The notes below the pieces were generated by a model. The model saw only the letters and a list, made by a program, of their open reading frames with translations. It was not told the origin of the DNA and searched no databases. Made by a program: the position numbers and the translations under genes. From Squalus acanthias (lineage: Eukaryota), in NCBI GenBank assembly GCA_030390025.1, contig CM059431.1, forward strand, positions 129,954,001 to 130,018,000: a stretch of DNA of 64,000 bases, read 5' to 3'. Below are positions 49,265 through 62,099 of the stretch, piece by piece (position 1 is the first letter of the stretch; each line of letters starts with the position of its first letter).

Positions 49265-50046
49265 ATTATGTTTGATGGTGTCACAATTGTGCTGTGCACA
49301 TCTCGGGACCCGCCGTTCAGAATGAAAAAAATAATTGGCTTGAGGTGAGATCAGAGTTTAGAAACTAATATTTTAAGCAGTGACTTCTCTTTTTCAGGTA
49401 ACACTCATTCTAACTGCTTTGCTACTGCTCTCAAAACTCCATATTTTTGGCTGGCAATGGGTACTGTCCAGCATTTAAATTTAATTAATAATTGAACCAA
49501 AAAAATCTAATGCTTTTGCATATTGTAGTTATTTTGTAAAACCAATATTTACATTGTCACACTTGTTTTTTGCATGTTTTTACCGAGCGAAAACTTGATC
49601 TAACAGCCTGACAACCATCTAACCAAAATGCAGTGCTCGATAAATAGAAACCTATAAATATATTTCCAAAGAACCAATATAATTCTTCAAACCTCTGATT
49701 TCTGATAATAGACTGACAATTTAGTAAATACTACACAAACTCCCAGCACATACATTATAATTAAAAGCAATGTTCAAGAGATAACAGCAATGTTCAAGAG
49801 ATAACAAGTACACAGATTAGCGGCTCTTGAGTTTTGTAATTCAAATGGCAACAAACTAAAACAGAAGTAAAGTATACACTTGCCAGAACTCCTGGAACTA
49901 CTATAGAGGTCCATGAAAGTTTTGTCTGTGAACTATGTAAATAATTGTGAGTTGTCATATAGCTTAATTGTGCCTTTTCTTAGTTCCCTGCTTGTTTTTT
50001 TTGAGTTTTAGCAACAGTCCAAATAATTTTTTTTTTAACTAATATT

Positions 50047-51487
50047 AGAGTCATAGAGTTATACAGCACAGAAAGAGGCCCTTCGGCCCATCGTGTCTGC
50101 GCCGGCCATCAAGCCCTGTCTATTCTAATCCCATTTTCCAGCACTTGGTCCGTAGCCTTGTATGCTAGGGCGTTTCAAGTGCTCATCTGAATGCTTCTTG
50201 AATGTTGTGAGGGTTCCTGCCTCTACCACCCTTTCAGGCAGTGAGTTCCAGATTCCAACCACCCTCTGGGTGAAAAAGTTTTTCCTCAAATCCCCTCTAA
50301 ACCTCCTGCCCCTTACCTTGAATCTATGCCCCCTGGTTATTGACCCCTCTACTAAGGGGAAAAGTTCCTTTCTATCTACCCTATCTATGCCCCTCATAAT
50401 TTTGTACACCTCAATCAGGTCCCCCCTCAGCCTTCTCTGCTCAAAGGAAAACAACCCCAGCCTGTCCAGTCTCTCTCCATAGCTGAAGCGCTGCAGCCCA
50501 GGTAACATCCTGGTGAATCTCCTCTGCACCCTCTCCAATACAATCACATCCTTCCTATAGTGTGGCGACCAGAACTGCACACAGTATTCGAACTGTGGCC
50601 TAACTAGCTTTTTGTACAGCTCCATCATAACCTCCCTGCTCTTATATTCTATGCCTCGGCTAATGAAGGCAAGTATCCCATATGCCTTTTTAACCACCTT
50701 ATCTGCCTGTCCTGCTGCCTTCAGGGATCTATGTACATGCACACCAAGGTCCCTCTGATCCTCTGTCCTTCCTAGGGTCCTACCATTCATTGTGTATTCC
50801 CTTGCCTTGTTAGTCCTCCCAAAATGCATCACCTCACACTTTTCAGGGTTAAATTCCATTTGCCACTGTTCTGCCCATCTAACCAACCCGTCTATATCGT
50901 CCTGTAGCCTGAGGCTTCCCTCCTCGCTAGTTACCACTCCACCAATTTTCGTGTCACCTGCGAACTTACTGATCATACCTCCTACATTCATATCGAAATC
51001 ATTAATGTACACTACAAACAGCAAAGGACCCAGCACCGATCCCTGTGGTACACCACTGGACACAGGCTTCCAGTCACAAAAACAACCTTCGACCATCACA
51101 CTCTGCCTCCTGCCACTAAGCCAATTTTGGATCCAATGTGCCAAATTGCCCTGGATCCCATGGGCTCTTACCTTCTTGACCAGTCTCCCATGCGGGACTT
51201 TGTCAAAAGCCTTACTGAAGTCCATGTAGACTGCACTACCCTCATCCACACACCGAGTCACCCCCTCGAAAAATTCAATCAAATTGGTCAGACATGATCT
51301 CCCCCTGACAAAGCCATGCTGACTATCCTTGATTAATCCTTGCCTCTCCAAGTGGAAACTAATTCTGTCCCTCAGAATCTTTTCCAATAATTTCCCTACC
51401 ACTGATGTTAGACTCACTGGCCTATAATTCCCTGGTTTATCCCTACTACCCTTCTTGAATAATGGTACTATGTTAGCTGTTCTCCAA
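50047..51487 (-). mobile_element. CR1 LINE with a 430-aa open RT region; catalytic FADD mutated to FAGD
   Basis: ORF 50125-51417, with a CTCTATGACTCTA-type tail at about 50047. Confidence 0.95.
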
Positions 51488-52019
51488 ATGTATGAATAAT
51501 CGATGATCTAATTTTTCAGGGTCCATATTTTCTCACTGATTTTCTCCCAGTTTTTAACGCTAAAAATAAAATCTGAAAAAATTTAGGCTTTTAAATTGTC
51601 AGTACGAAATAACTTTTATGCTCCCTAACTTATACAAAAGTTAAAGGTCGCCAGTTCAAGGAGGAGTCCCAAGACTAAACTTCATGACCGAGTAGGGATT
51701 CAAGCACATAACTACTATGGGAACCACTCATGGTTCCAGAAACTTCAAATTTTGCTTCCACCATATAATAGTATATATTAAAAGTATGATTTAAATGATT
51801 CAACTTTAAAGCTTATTTACAAACTTATAAAGCAATGCTGATACATGCATTCTAATTGAAGTAGACTGTACCTTCTGGAGCGAGAGAGGTAACCTTCATC
51901 ACGACTGGATATGAATATCCCTGCAAGCTATGAGTAGTTATTCATATCAGTGCTCCAAATAGCACTGTCAGTCATTGATGGTAGATACTTAAACAGCACA
52001 TCAAAAGAAGTTAAGAATA

Positions 52020-52885
52020 ATAAAGAAAGACTTGCATTTATATAGGACCTTTCAGGACGTCCCAAAGCGCTTTACATTGAATGAAGTACTTTTGAAGTGT
52101 AGTCACCATTGGAATGTAGGCAACGCGTCAGCCAGTTTGCGCACAGCAAGCTCCCGAGAAAGGAATGTGATAATGACCAGATAACCTGTTGTTCAGTGAT
52201 GTTGGCCAGGACACCAGTGAGAACTACCCTGCTGTTCTTCAGAATAGTGCTACGGGATCTTTTACGTCCACCTGAGAAAAAGCAAAAAAAAGCAAGACTT
52301 GCATTTATATAGCGCCTTTCACGACCGCCGGACGTCTCAAAGCGCTTTACAGCCAATGAAGTGCTTTTGAAGTGAAATCACTATTGTAATGTAGGAAATG
52401 CGGCAGCCAATTTGCACACAGCAAGGTCCCACAAACAGCAATGTGATAATGACCAGATAATCTATTTTTGTTATGTTGGTTGAGGGATAAATATTGGCCA
52501 GGACACCGGGGATAACTCCCCTGTTCTTATTCAAAATAGTGCCATGGGATCTTTTATGTCCACCTGAGAGAGCATCGGGGCCTCGGTTTAATGTCTCATC
52601 CGAAAGACGGCACCTCCGACAGTGCAGCACTCCCTCAGCACTGCGCTGGAGTGTCAGCCTAGCTTTATGTGCTCAAGTTCCTGTAATGGGACTTGAACCC
52701 ACAACCTTCTGACTCAGAGTGTGCTACCAACTGAGCCACAGCTGACACAGGGCAAACGGGTCATCCATTTAATGTCTCCTCCAAAAGATGGCATCTCTGA
52801 CAGTCCAACACCCCCTCAGTACTGCACTGGAGTATGAGCTGAGATTTTATGTTCAAGTCTCGAGAGTAGGACTTGAACCCACATC
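52020..52885 (-). mobile_element. SacSINE1-like SINE (52293-52748, complete) nested inside an older copy of the same family
   Basis: The outer copy 52020-52277 stops at CCACCTGAGA and resumes about 52750-52885. The inner copy has an A/B-box head and a tail. Confidence 0.85.
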
Positions 52886-52892
52886 CTGCGAC

Positions 52893-54115
52893 GAGAGGGT
52901 TGTCCTACGAGGAGAGATTGAGTAGATTGGGCCCATACTTTGGAGTTTAGAAGAATGATAGGTGATCTCATTGAAACATATAAGATTCTGAGGGAGATTG
53001 ACAGGGTAGATGCTGAGAGGTTGTTTCCCCTGGCTGGCGAGTCTAGAACTAGGGGCATAGTCTCAGGATAAGGGATTTAATAGTATAAAAGTACGCTCTA
53101 TTCTGGTTCTTCAATTGCTGAGTCAATTGAAATTTTCAAGACTAAGGTCACTGGATTTTTGTTAGGTATAGGCAACAAGAGATATGGAGAAAAGGCGAGT
53201 AAATGGAGTTGAGGTACAGATCAGTCGAGATCTAATAGAATGGACTGCTCCTTTTCCTATGTGCCTTGTTATTGAGCGTTTCCTGAGAGATAGAGGGGTT
53301 TTCCATCAGGTAGCCATGTTCCGAACTCTGGATAAGGGGTCGGCCATTTAGGACTGAGATGAGAAGAAATTTCTTCATTCAGAGGGTTGTAAATCTTTGG
53401 AATACTCTACTCAGAGGGCTATGGTTGCTCAGTCGTTGAATATATTCAAGACTGAGAGCAATAGATTCTTGGCCACTAAGGGAATCAAGGGATATAGGGA
53501 TTCGGTGGGAAAGTGGAGTTGATGTAGAAGTTCAGCCATAATCTTATTGAATGGCATAGCAGGCTCGAGGGGCTGTATGGCCTACTCCTGCTCCTATTTC
53601 TTATGTTCTTAGATAAGTGGAAACACTCGTGTCAACTCTATCAAAACCTTTTACAATTTTAAAGACCTCTATTAGGTCACCCCTCAGCCTTCTCTCTTCA
53701 AGAGGAAGGAGAACCAGCCTGTTCATCCTATCCTGATAGGTATAATTTCACAGTTCTGGTATCATCCTTGTAACTCTTTTTTGCATCCTCTCCAGTGCCT
53801 CTATATCCTTTTCATAATATGGCGACCAGAACTGTGCACCGTACTCCAAGTGTGGTCTAACCAAGGTTCGATACAAGTTTAGCATAACTTCTCTATATTT
53901 CAATTCTATCCCCCTAGAAATAAATCTGAGTGTTTGGTTTGCTTTTTGTATGGCCTTGTTAACCTGTATTGCTACATTTAGTGATTTGTCTACTTGTACT
54001 CCCAGATCCATTTGCTCCTCTACCCCATTTATATTCTTATTTTCCAAGTAAGATGTGACCTTCTTGTTTTTCTTACCAAAATGTAATACCTCACACTTAG
54101 TTGAAATTCATTGAA
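52893..54115. mobile_element. Cluster of CR1 3' fragments (+ strand 52893-53610, - strand 53630-54115)
   Basis: RRMIGDLIETYKILR and two 3' UTRs on the + strand. Minus ORF 53748-54047 has LYRTLVRPHLEY. Confidence 0.85.
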
Positions 54116-54584
54116 TCTACACTCCCAATTTTGAGAGTTCAAAATTTGGATTTACCCTTTTGGATTTAATGTACTTATTTTTCTCCATCCAATACAAGTG
54201 AAAGAATGTTGTATATACATACAGCTTAACTTACACTAAAGTTTGTGTAACTACTTGTTTTTACATGTCAGGGCAGTTTTCGTTTCCACCCTTCTAGGGC
54301 TGTGTCAGTTCTTTCGACGCTGTTTTTCAGCTTTTGCTCGTTATCCAGGTTGGCATATATACAAATTGTCAGAAGCTGAAACCAAAACTTTTGCAGCAAG
54401 TGCTGCTAAACAAATGATTATTTGCCATTGGTGAGAAATTTCACCAGTGCCAACGGATATCGGAAAATCACTGGTGCACTGCCCATGATTTTCCATTGAC
54501 GATTTCAGGATAGATGGAAAATCGCTAACAGAGCACCCATCATTTTCTGATGTGTGCTGGCAGCGGTTGAGGTTCCTTGCTGCT

Positions 54585-56106
54585 GGCACAGCTGTCGTGC
54601 TGAAGACTTGTGCTCCAGAACTAGCCGCGCCTCTAGCCAAGTTGTTCAGTGCACCTAGAACGCTGGCATATACCTGACAATGTGGTAAACTGCCCAGGTA
54701 TGTCCTGTCCACAAAAAACAGGACAAATCCAATCTGGCCCATTACCGTCAAATCAGTCTACTCTCAATCATCAGCAAAGTAATGGAAGGTGTTGTATACA
54801 GTGCTATCAAGTGGCACATACTCACCGATGCTCAGTTTGGGTTCCGCCAGGACCAGTTGGCTCCAGACCTCATTAAAACCTTGGTCCAATCATGGACAAA
54901 AGAGCTGTATTCCAGAGGTGAGCTGAGAGTGACTGCCCTTGACATCAAGGCAGCATTTGACCGAGTGTGGCATCAAGGAGCCCCAGTAAAATTGAATTGA
55001 ATGGGAATCAGGGGGCAAATGTGCCACTGGCTGGAGTCATAGCTAGCACAAAGGAACATGATTGTGTTTGTTGGAGGCCAATCATCTCAGCCCCAGGACA
55101 TCGCTGCAGGAGTTCCTCAGGGCAGTGTCCTCAGCCCAATCATCTTCAGCTGTTTCATCAATGACCTTCCCTCCATCATAAGGTCAGAAGTGGGGATGTT
55201 CGCTGATGATTGCACAGTGCTCAGTTCCATTCGCAACTTATATAATGAAGCAGTCCGTGCCCGTATGTAGCAAGACCTGGACGACATTCAGGCTTGGGCT
55301 GATAAGTGGCAAGTAACATTCGCGCCACACAAGTGCCAGGCAATGACTTTCTCCAACAAGTGAGAGTCTAACCATCGCCCCTTGACATTCAACGGCATTA
55401 CCATCACCAAATCCCCCAGCATCAACATCCTGGGGGGTGGGGTCACCATTGACCAGAAACATAACTGGACCAGCCACATAAATACTGTGGCTACAAGAGC
55501 AGGTCAGAGGCTGGGTATTCTGCAACGAGTGACTCGCCTCTTGACTCCCCAAAGCCTTTACACCATCTGCAAGGCACAAGTCAGGAGTGTGAATGGAATA
55601 CTCTCCATATGCCTGGATGAGTGCAGCTCCAACAACACTCAAGAAGCTTGACACCATCCAGGACAATGCAGCCCGCTTGATTGGCATCCCATCCACCACC
55701 TTAAACATTCACTCCCTCCACCACCGGCATACTGTGGCTGCAGTGTGTAATATCTACAAGATGCTCTGCAGCAACTCGCAAAGGCTTCTTCGACAGCACC
55801 TCCCAAACCCACGACCTCTACCACCTAGAAGGACAAGGGCAACAGGCAATGGGAACACCATCACCTGCAAGTTCCCCTCCAAGTCACACACCATCCAGAC
55901 TTGGAAATATATAATTGTTCCTTCATCGTTGCTGCGTCAAAATCCTGGAACTCCCTCCCTAACAGCACTGTGGGAGCACCCTCACCACATGGACTTCAGC
56001 GGTTAAAGAAGGCAGCTCACCACCACCTTTTCGAGAGCAATTAGGGATGGCCAATAAATGCTGGCCTTGCCAGCGATGCTTACATCCCATGAACGAATAA
56101 AAAAAA
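54585..56106 (+). mobile_element. Non-LTR 'family B' LINE, RT and 3' end, degraded
   Basis: QFGFRQ, ALDIKAAFDRVWH, GVPQGSVLSPIIF, FADD, MEYSPYAWMSA, and an A-rich tail. Distinct from the CR1/HER1 copies; clade not assigned. Confidence 0.9.
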
Positions 56107-57174
56107 TCTTTGGAAAATCTTTCTTGTAGAATTTCAATCCAATATGGTGACAACTTTCCTTACAGAAGTACTTGAAATGGAACTTTTGCAATACGGTTTC
56201 TCGAGTTTAGTAAAATTCTGATGAAATGGACCACTGAAAGGGCATTTCTTGTACGAGAGATGTGTAAAGAAAATTACAATTAAATATATATGTGCAGTGA
56301 AACTTTATGTAACACAACCATAGGATTCAGTTCTTGGCAAGAGTGTTAATCAAATATGGAACATATATTGAGAGAAAATGGGGGGAAAAAAGATGAGAGT
56401 AAGCCAGAGGAACTATGATGAGTAGGATCACTTGTAACAGGAGCAAGATCTGTTCAATCATTGATAGAGTGAAGAGCAGCACAGCTGCAGTGCAATGCAG
56501 GTTTTCACATTTCTGTTCATCATTGGACTTCTGAATTTTTCTGTATTTACTGGCTTCCTGGTGTATTATTTCTGTTGCTGTATAAAAACAGAACATGTGT
56601 TCTGCAATTAATTACACTATTACTGCATATAGTAACACCCAGGAAGTTGGCAAGTTGCCCACGCATAAAAGTTTGAAAACCACTGTGGTGGAATGGCCAT
56701 AAAGGACTGTTAATGGTCTTTACTCATTTGCTCTCCCTTCTGGTGCTTCAAATGTAAAACATTTTTGTAATATACATGGGTAGAACAAATAAAGGACAGC
56801 GACACAATGAGTTGCTAGTCCATGTGCTTGCTTTATTAGGCCAGAGCGAACTGAGCATGCTCATACCAAACCATGTGATAATACATTACACTGCTTTCCC
56901 CCTCTCAAAAAATTTACATATTCCCCTCTCAAATACAACAAAACTATGGTCCCACCTTTCCCAGCATTACATGTACCACATAACAAAAACTCCTGGCTTT
57001 TTTTCTTCTAAATGAACTACAAATCCAGTTTAATAACAAGTTTGCGGAGCCTTCCTGATGTCCTTACAGAAGGTTTTGGTGTTGAACCAATTTTCGGGCT
57101 GTTTTCTTTTGTTTCCAAACTCAAAGATGATCCTGTTTTGATCTCAGATAATTTTGAACCTATATGTTTCACTT

Positions 57175-60100
57175 CTATCCACATAGTACAAGTACCAGGA
57201 AATAATCATTTGCTTCCTCACAGAAGTCTACATGTACTCTCTGAAAAGGTCTACTTGGCCATGACCAGGGTTGTAGTGGAGTTTTACGTGGTTTGTTTCT
57301 GCAATTTTGGCAAACGCATTTGCTGACAAGTGATTCAAGATCACTGTCCAATCCAGGCCAGTAAACAAAGCTTCTTGCAATTGATTTCATACTGATGATC
57401 CCTGGATGTTCAGTATGAAGTTCCACCAGAATTCTATCTCTCAAAGAAGTAGGTACCACTACTCTGTTTCCCTACTTGATACAACCTTGCTCACAAGACA
57501 ATTCAGTACAATGGTTATGTAATGGTTTCAATTCTGTGTCCACACACTGATCAGTCCATCCGTTCAAGGTGTTTTCATACACTCTTTTCAGTACTGAGTC
57601 CTTTTGAGTCTCATCTGCAATCTCAGTTGCATTCACAGGAAAGTCTTTGTCAATTGCACCTAGCGTGAAATTAGCACCTTCATTCCAACACAGGAGTCCT
57701 CGTGTGGCAACCTGGACAAGGCATCTGCGATTGCGTTTTGCTTTGAATGTGATATTCAATCATGTAGTCATATTGTGACAACAACACTGCCCAACACTGC
57801 ATTCTTAATGCGGCCACTGCAGGGATGGGAGATTTGGGCCCCAATACTGCTAGGAGTGGTTTGTGATTGGTTATCAGGGTAAACTTTTTGCCCATCAGGA
57901 ACTGTTGGAATTTCTTGATTCCAAACAGTATGGCGAGTGCTTCCTTTTCAATTTGAGCGTAGTTTCTTTCACTTTTTGTGAGGGTTCGCGATGTGAACGT
58001 GATTGGTTTCTCTTGGCCGTCATCCATTACATGGCTTATGACAGCTCCCATACCATAGCTGGAAGCATGTCATGCTAGAGAGAATTCTCTTACAAGCGTC
58101 ATAAGCTTCCTGTTGCGCTTTTGTCCACTTCCACTGGACATCCTTCTTGAGGAGCTCGTGCAATGGAGCTAACATGGTCACTAACTCAGGTAAGAAACGT
58201 GCGTAGCACTGGACCATTCCAAGGAAAGATCTTAACTCAGGCACATTCTGTGGCTTTGGAGCATTGATGACAGCATCAACCTTTTCCTTCACTGGTTGCA
58301 AACCATTTGCATCAACTTTCAGACCAAGGTACACAACCTCAGGCTGCACAAAAGCACATTTGCTCCTTTTCAATTTGACATTGTGGGCATTCAACCTTTG
58401 AAGCACCATATCTAACACTTATAAATTTTCTTCCTCGCTGCTTGTTGCGATCAGCACATCGTCTTGATTGCATAAGCAATTTGGAACTCCTTACAAAATT
58501 TTATCCATTGTAGCCTGGAAGATTTTGGGGGAGGACTTTACATCATACGGTAGCTTGGTATATGAGTATAGTCCCTTGTGTGTGTCGATGAGATACTGTT
58601 GACTCTCTTTGTCAACATTCAGCTGAGTGTAAGCGTGTGACAGGTCAAGCTTGGAGAAAACCTCTGACCCAGAGAGTGCTGCATACAAATCTTGCAATGT
58701 AGGTAACGGGTACTGCTCATCGTCAACTGCTTGGTTGATAGTAACTTTGTAGTCACCGCACAAGCGTACAGTTTTGTCTGCTTTTGGCACTACCACAATC
58801 GGGGTAGCCCATTCTCTTTTGTCAGTTTTTACTAGCACTCCGTTCTCTCTGAGCTTCGCTAGCTCTTCCCCCATCTGACTTTTCAACGCATAGAGGACCG
58901 GCCTTGCCTTACAATAGACAGGCTTCGTGTTGTACTTGATGCGGATATGCACGGCATACCCAGTGATGCCTCATAACTGTCTGTGTACATGCTTTCATAC
59001 TTGTTCAGCATTGTGTCGAGTCGCTTCTTTGAAGTATCTACACTGAAGATGTTTTTCCAGTCTAGTTTTAACTTTCTCAACCAGTCTTTGCCCATGAGGG
59101 TTGGCCTGTTGTTGTAGCTCGCTACAATAATAGGCAGCTTTACTGTCTGGCCATTGTGTTGAACTGTACATTCCATTTGTCCACATGTCTCTAGGATTTC
59201 TCCAGAGTAGGTTTTTAACTCTACGGTACTCTTTGTAAGTGGTATTTGATGAAACTTACTCTCATATGTGTCCTTACTCATGATAGAGCAGTCCGCCGCC
59301 TTGTCAATACATATATCAATATATTGCTTATTGAGCAAACGTTTTGTACGGAAGTCTTTCTCACTACTGCTTGCGTTGCTGCTAGTGGCATAGATACTGT
59401 AGATGCCTAGTCTTCAACGCCAGATGTGTTCACTCCAATATTGTGAACTCTTCCCTCTTGTCGCTGCTTTTCATTGCCACTGGAATGGTTCTTACTTCCT
59501 GCTTTAGATCTAGCTCTATAAGTTGTTGAAATATGGCCTTGCTTCTGGCAGTGAAAACACTTCGCATTTCTGTTTTGGCAGGACTGTGGTGAATGATTTC
59601 CAATTCAGCGATAACAATTCACTGAACTGCTTTCACCGACATGCTTTTGACCCAGTCTTACAGCTTTAGTTCGGCGGTGGTTTTGTGACTGTAGACCTCA
59701 GCTGCACGAGTCACTTGAGTTGGACGGATCTCCCTAGCATTTTTAGACACCATCTCCATAGATAGGGCAATTTTGCATGCGATGTCAAACGTTAGGTTCG
59801 GAGTATTCAGTAACTTGGACTGTGTGCACTCATCCACCAGTCCACACACAAACTTATCTCGCAACGCACGATCCAAAAATGTGCCGAAGTTACAATGCAA
59901 AGACAGGTTCTTAAGAGTTAAAATGTACTCACTGATGGTTTCACTTTGTTTTTGGTTTCTGGTACCAAACTTAATAGCTCTCGGCTATTTCTAATGGTTT
60001 TGGGTCGAAATGGTCCTCGAGTTTCTCGACAATGTCGTCAAATGACGCATCCTTCGCTTTCCCTGACGCGAGTAGGTTTGTCAACGTTCCATAGACATCT

Positions 60101-60304
60101 GGCCCGATCGCCATTAGAAAAATTGCTTTCTTCCGTTCACAAATTACATTTATTTTGAGCTTGAACTTTCTCATCTGCACCTTCGGTCTCAATAATGTTA
60201 TTGGCCTTAAAAAACATCTCCATCTGCTCAATGTAAGAACTGAATGGTTCACGAGCTCGGTCATTCATGCCGAGGCTTCTGATGAATCCCACAGGCGTGG
60301 CCAT
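57175..60304 (-). pseudogene. gag-pol pseudogene: two zinc knuckles, protease, RT, RNase H, truncated integrase
   Basis: HCNFGTFLDRALRDKFVCGL, CFHCQKQGH, WATPIVVVPKADKTVRLCGDYKVTIN, NYAQIEKEALA, ELHTEHPGI...RVHVDF. Many stops and frameshifts. Confidence 0.92.
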
Positions 60305-60539
60305 GATTGTCCCGATCCCATTGAACAGTGACTCAGCACACTACCTGTGTACTTGTGAGAATCAACGCCATTGTTGCTGTGTATACATGCACGCGAAGGC
60401 GAAGCACAGATGATTCTGCATCAGCATTAACGGTAAAACATCGCAAAAATTCAGTTTAGATGTCACAAATTCACCTTTAACTTGTCCACGCCAAGGTTGA
60501 ACACTATGTCCTTCCATGATCCCTAAAAATGGCTTTGGT

Positions 60540-60557
60540 ATCCCATCCTCGTCGCCA
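60540..60557 (-). promoter_or_regulatory. Primer-binding site complementary to the tRNA-Ser(GCT) 3' end
   Basis: Minus strand TGGCGACGAGGATGGGAT, 3 nt after the 5' LTR. It complements ...ATCCCATCCTCGTCGCCA over 18 nt. Confidence 0.85.
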
Positions 60558-61394
60558 AAATGTAATATATGTGGGTAGACCAAATGAAGGACAGCGACAC
60601 GATGAGTTGCTAGTTCATGTGCTTGCTTTATTAGGCCAGAGCGAACTGAACATGCTCCTACCAAACCATGTGATAATACATTACAATTTTGAAACAAAAA
60701 TTCAGAAACAGATTTCTGACAAAGCAGTGAAAAATGTAACCCATCTGCTGGGATTACAAACAACAAACCAGGTAGTAGTTTCCTTTATTCAGTATAATTT
60801 GCATTTAGCAGGATTAATTAAACCATTCAGCTAAACATTATGTTTGTAGTTCATTAATATTAATCATCCATATTATTAGCTGGCTGGGCTCTAATATACA
60901 AGACGGTGATAAATTGTGTATTTGGAAATATGTAAATGCTAAATTAACACTATGTTGATGTGCAGACAATGGTGAAGAACATGCTAATTTGATACTACAA
61001 ACTTGAATCAAATAAAATGAAGATACTTAGCGATAATTTACTTACCACAACATTATGTTTGTGAATGAATTTCTTCAAAGTAGGCAGGGTAATTTTAACC
61101 TAACCCACATGTCGGGAAACTGACTTGATTCGATCACAGACTCATATTACACCCTGCCTGTTTTTACTATCCATTGAATTCAATGGAAATAGCATTCTCT
61201 TTTGAAACAGTAATAATGCATTTTGTGAACCATTTCAGTTTGTTTCATCTATTCAGAGTCTCCCTGATTGTTGCATTTATTAGAGAGTTCAATATTATGT
61301 GGCTCTGGATGGAATGTTCACACCCTGATCTCCCCCATTGTGGAACAGGGGATAGACAGCTTCGACACTGAGCAGGAGGAAAATCAGAGATAAC

Positions 61395-61495
61395 AACAGA
61401 AAACGCTGGAAAAACTCAGCAGGCCAGGCAGCATCCGTGGAGAGAGAAAGAGAGTTAACGTTTCAGGTCGAAACCCTTCGTCGGAACTCGGAAAA
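61395..61495 (-). mobile_element. Penelope-like terminal-repeat remnant with a degenerate minimal hammerhead motif
   Basis: Minus strand AGTT-CCGACGA-AGGGTTTCGACCT-GAAAC-GTT-AACT, followed by GATGCTGCCTGGCCTGCTGAG. Confidence 0.65.
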
Positions 61496-62099
61496 TCAGA
61501 GGATGGCTCACTTTGAGCCACTCCTTACCAGCTGGCTTAAGAGCAACACTAATTGTCTTGGGTGCAAGTTGCCTCCCTGACCTCAGCTGAGAATAGAATC
61601 TGTGACACAAGAAGCCGGTGAGGGAGGGAAAGTGGAACAAATACTAATTTCTTTGCACTATATATTTTGTGAACTCTGTAAATTTTAGTTTCTTTTGTCT
61701 ATGTTTTATGATATCTGTAACGGAATTTGTTAAAAATATTTGAAATGATTCTTAATTAAAGAATATTTAAAATCACTCTTAATAAAGAAATGTAAAATTA
61801 GCTTGTTAAATTAGATTTTTGAGGTGCCAAGAAAATAGTATAAGGTATCTTAACAACAGAATTGGTTGCTGGTATATTTACTGGCAGCCTCACAGTTGGC
61901 TCTTAGTTACTTTTTCCCCATGTAGCAAGAGGCAAAGATGCCTTTGTATGAAAATACTATGCTTTGATTGCCACCTGTTTAGAAGAAGGTTCTTCTAAAC
62001 CTTTTGCAATGGAGATCTATTCCCATGACATCTGACTTGTGTGTTTGCACTGCTGATCACTAATCCTCGATCACCCTTTATCCTAAATCCAGCCCATAG

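Larger units (their letters stand above)
56766..60685 (-). mobile_element. Gypsy (Mag/K02A2.6-like) LTR retrotransposon, full length but decayed
   Basis: 125-bp LTRs 56766-56890 and 60561-60685 (TGTAAT...ATTACA, 8 mismatches by manual count). Perfect 5-bp TSD ATTTT. PPT GAGAGGGGGAAAG. Confidence 0.96.

Noticed and set aside
49766..49805. 20-bp tandem duplication AGCAATGTTCAAGAGATAAC
   Set aside because: Ordinary local slippage duplication.
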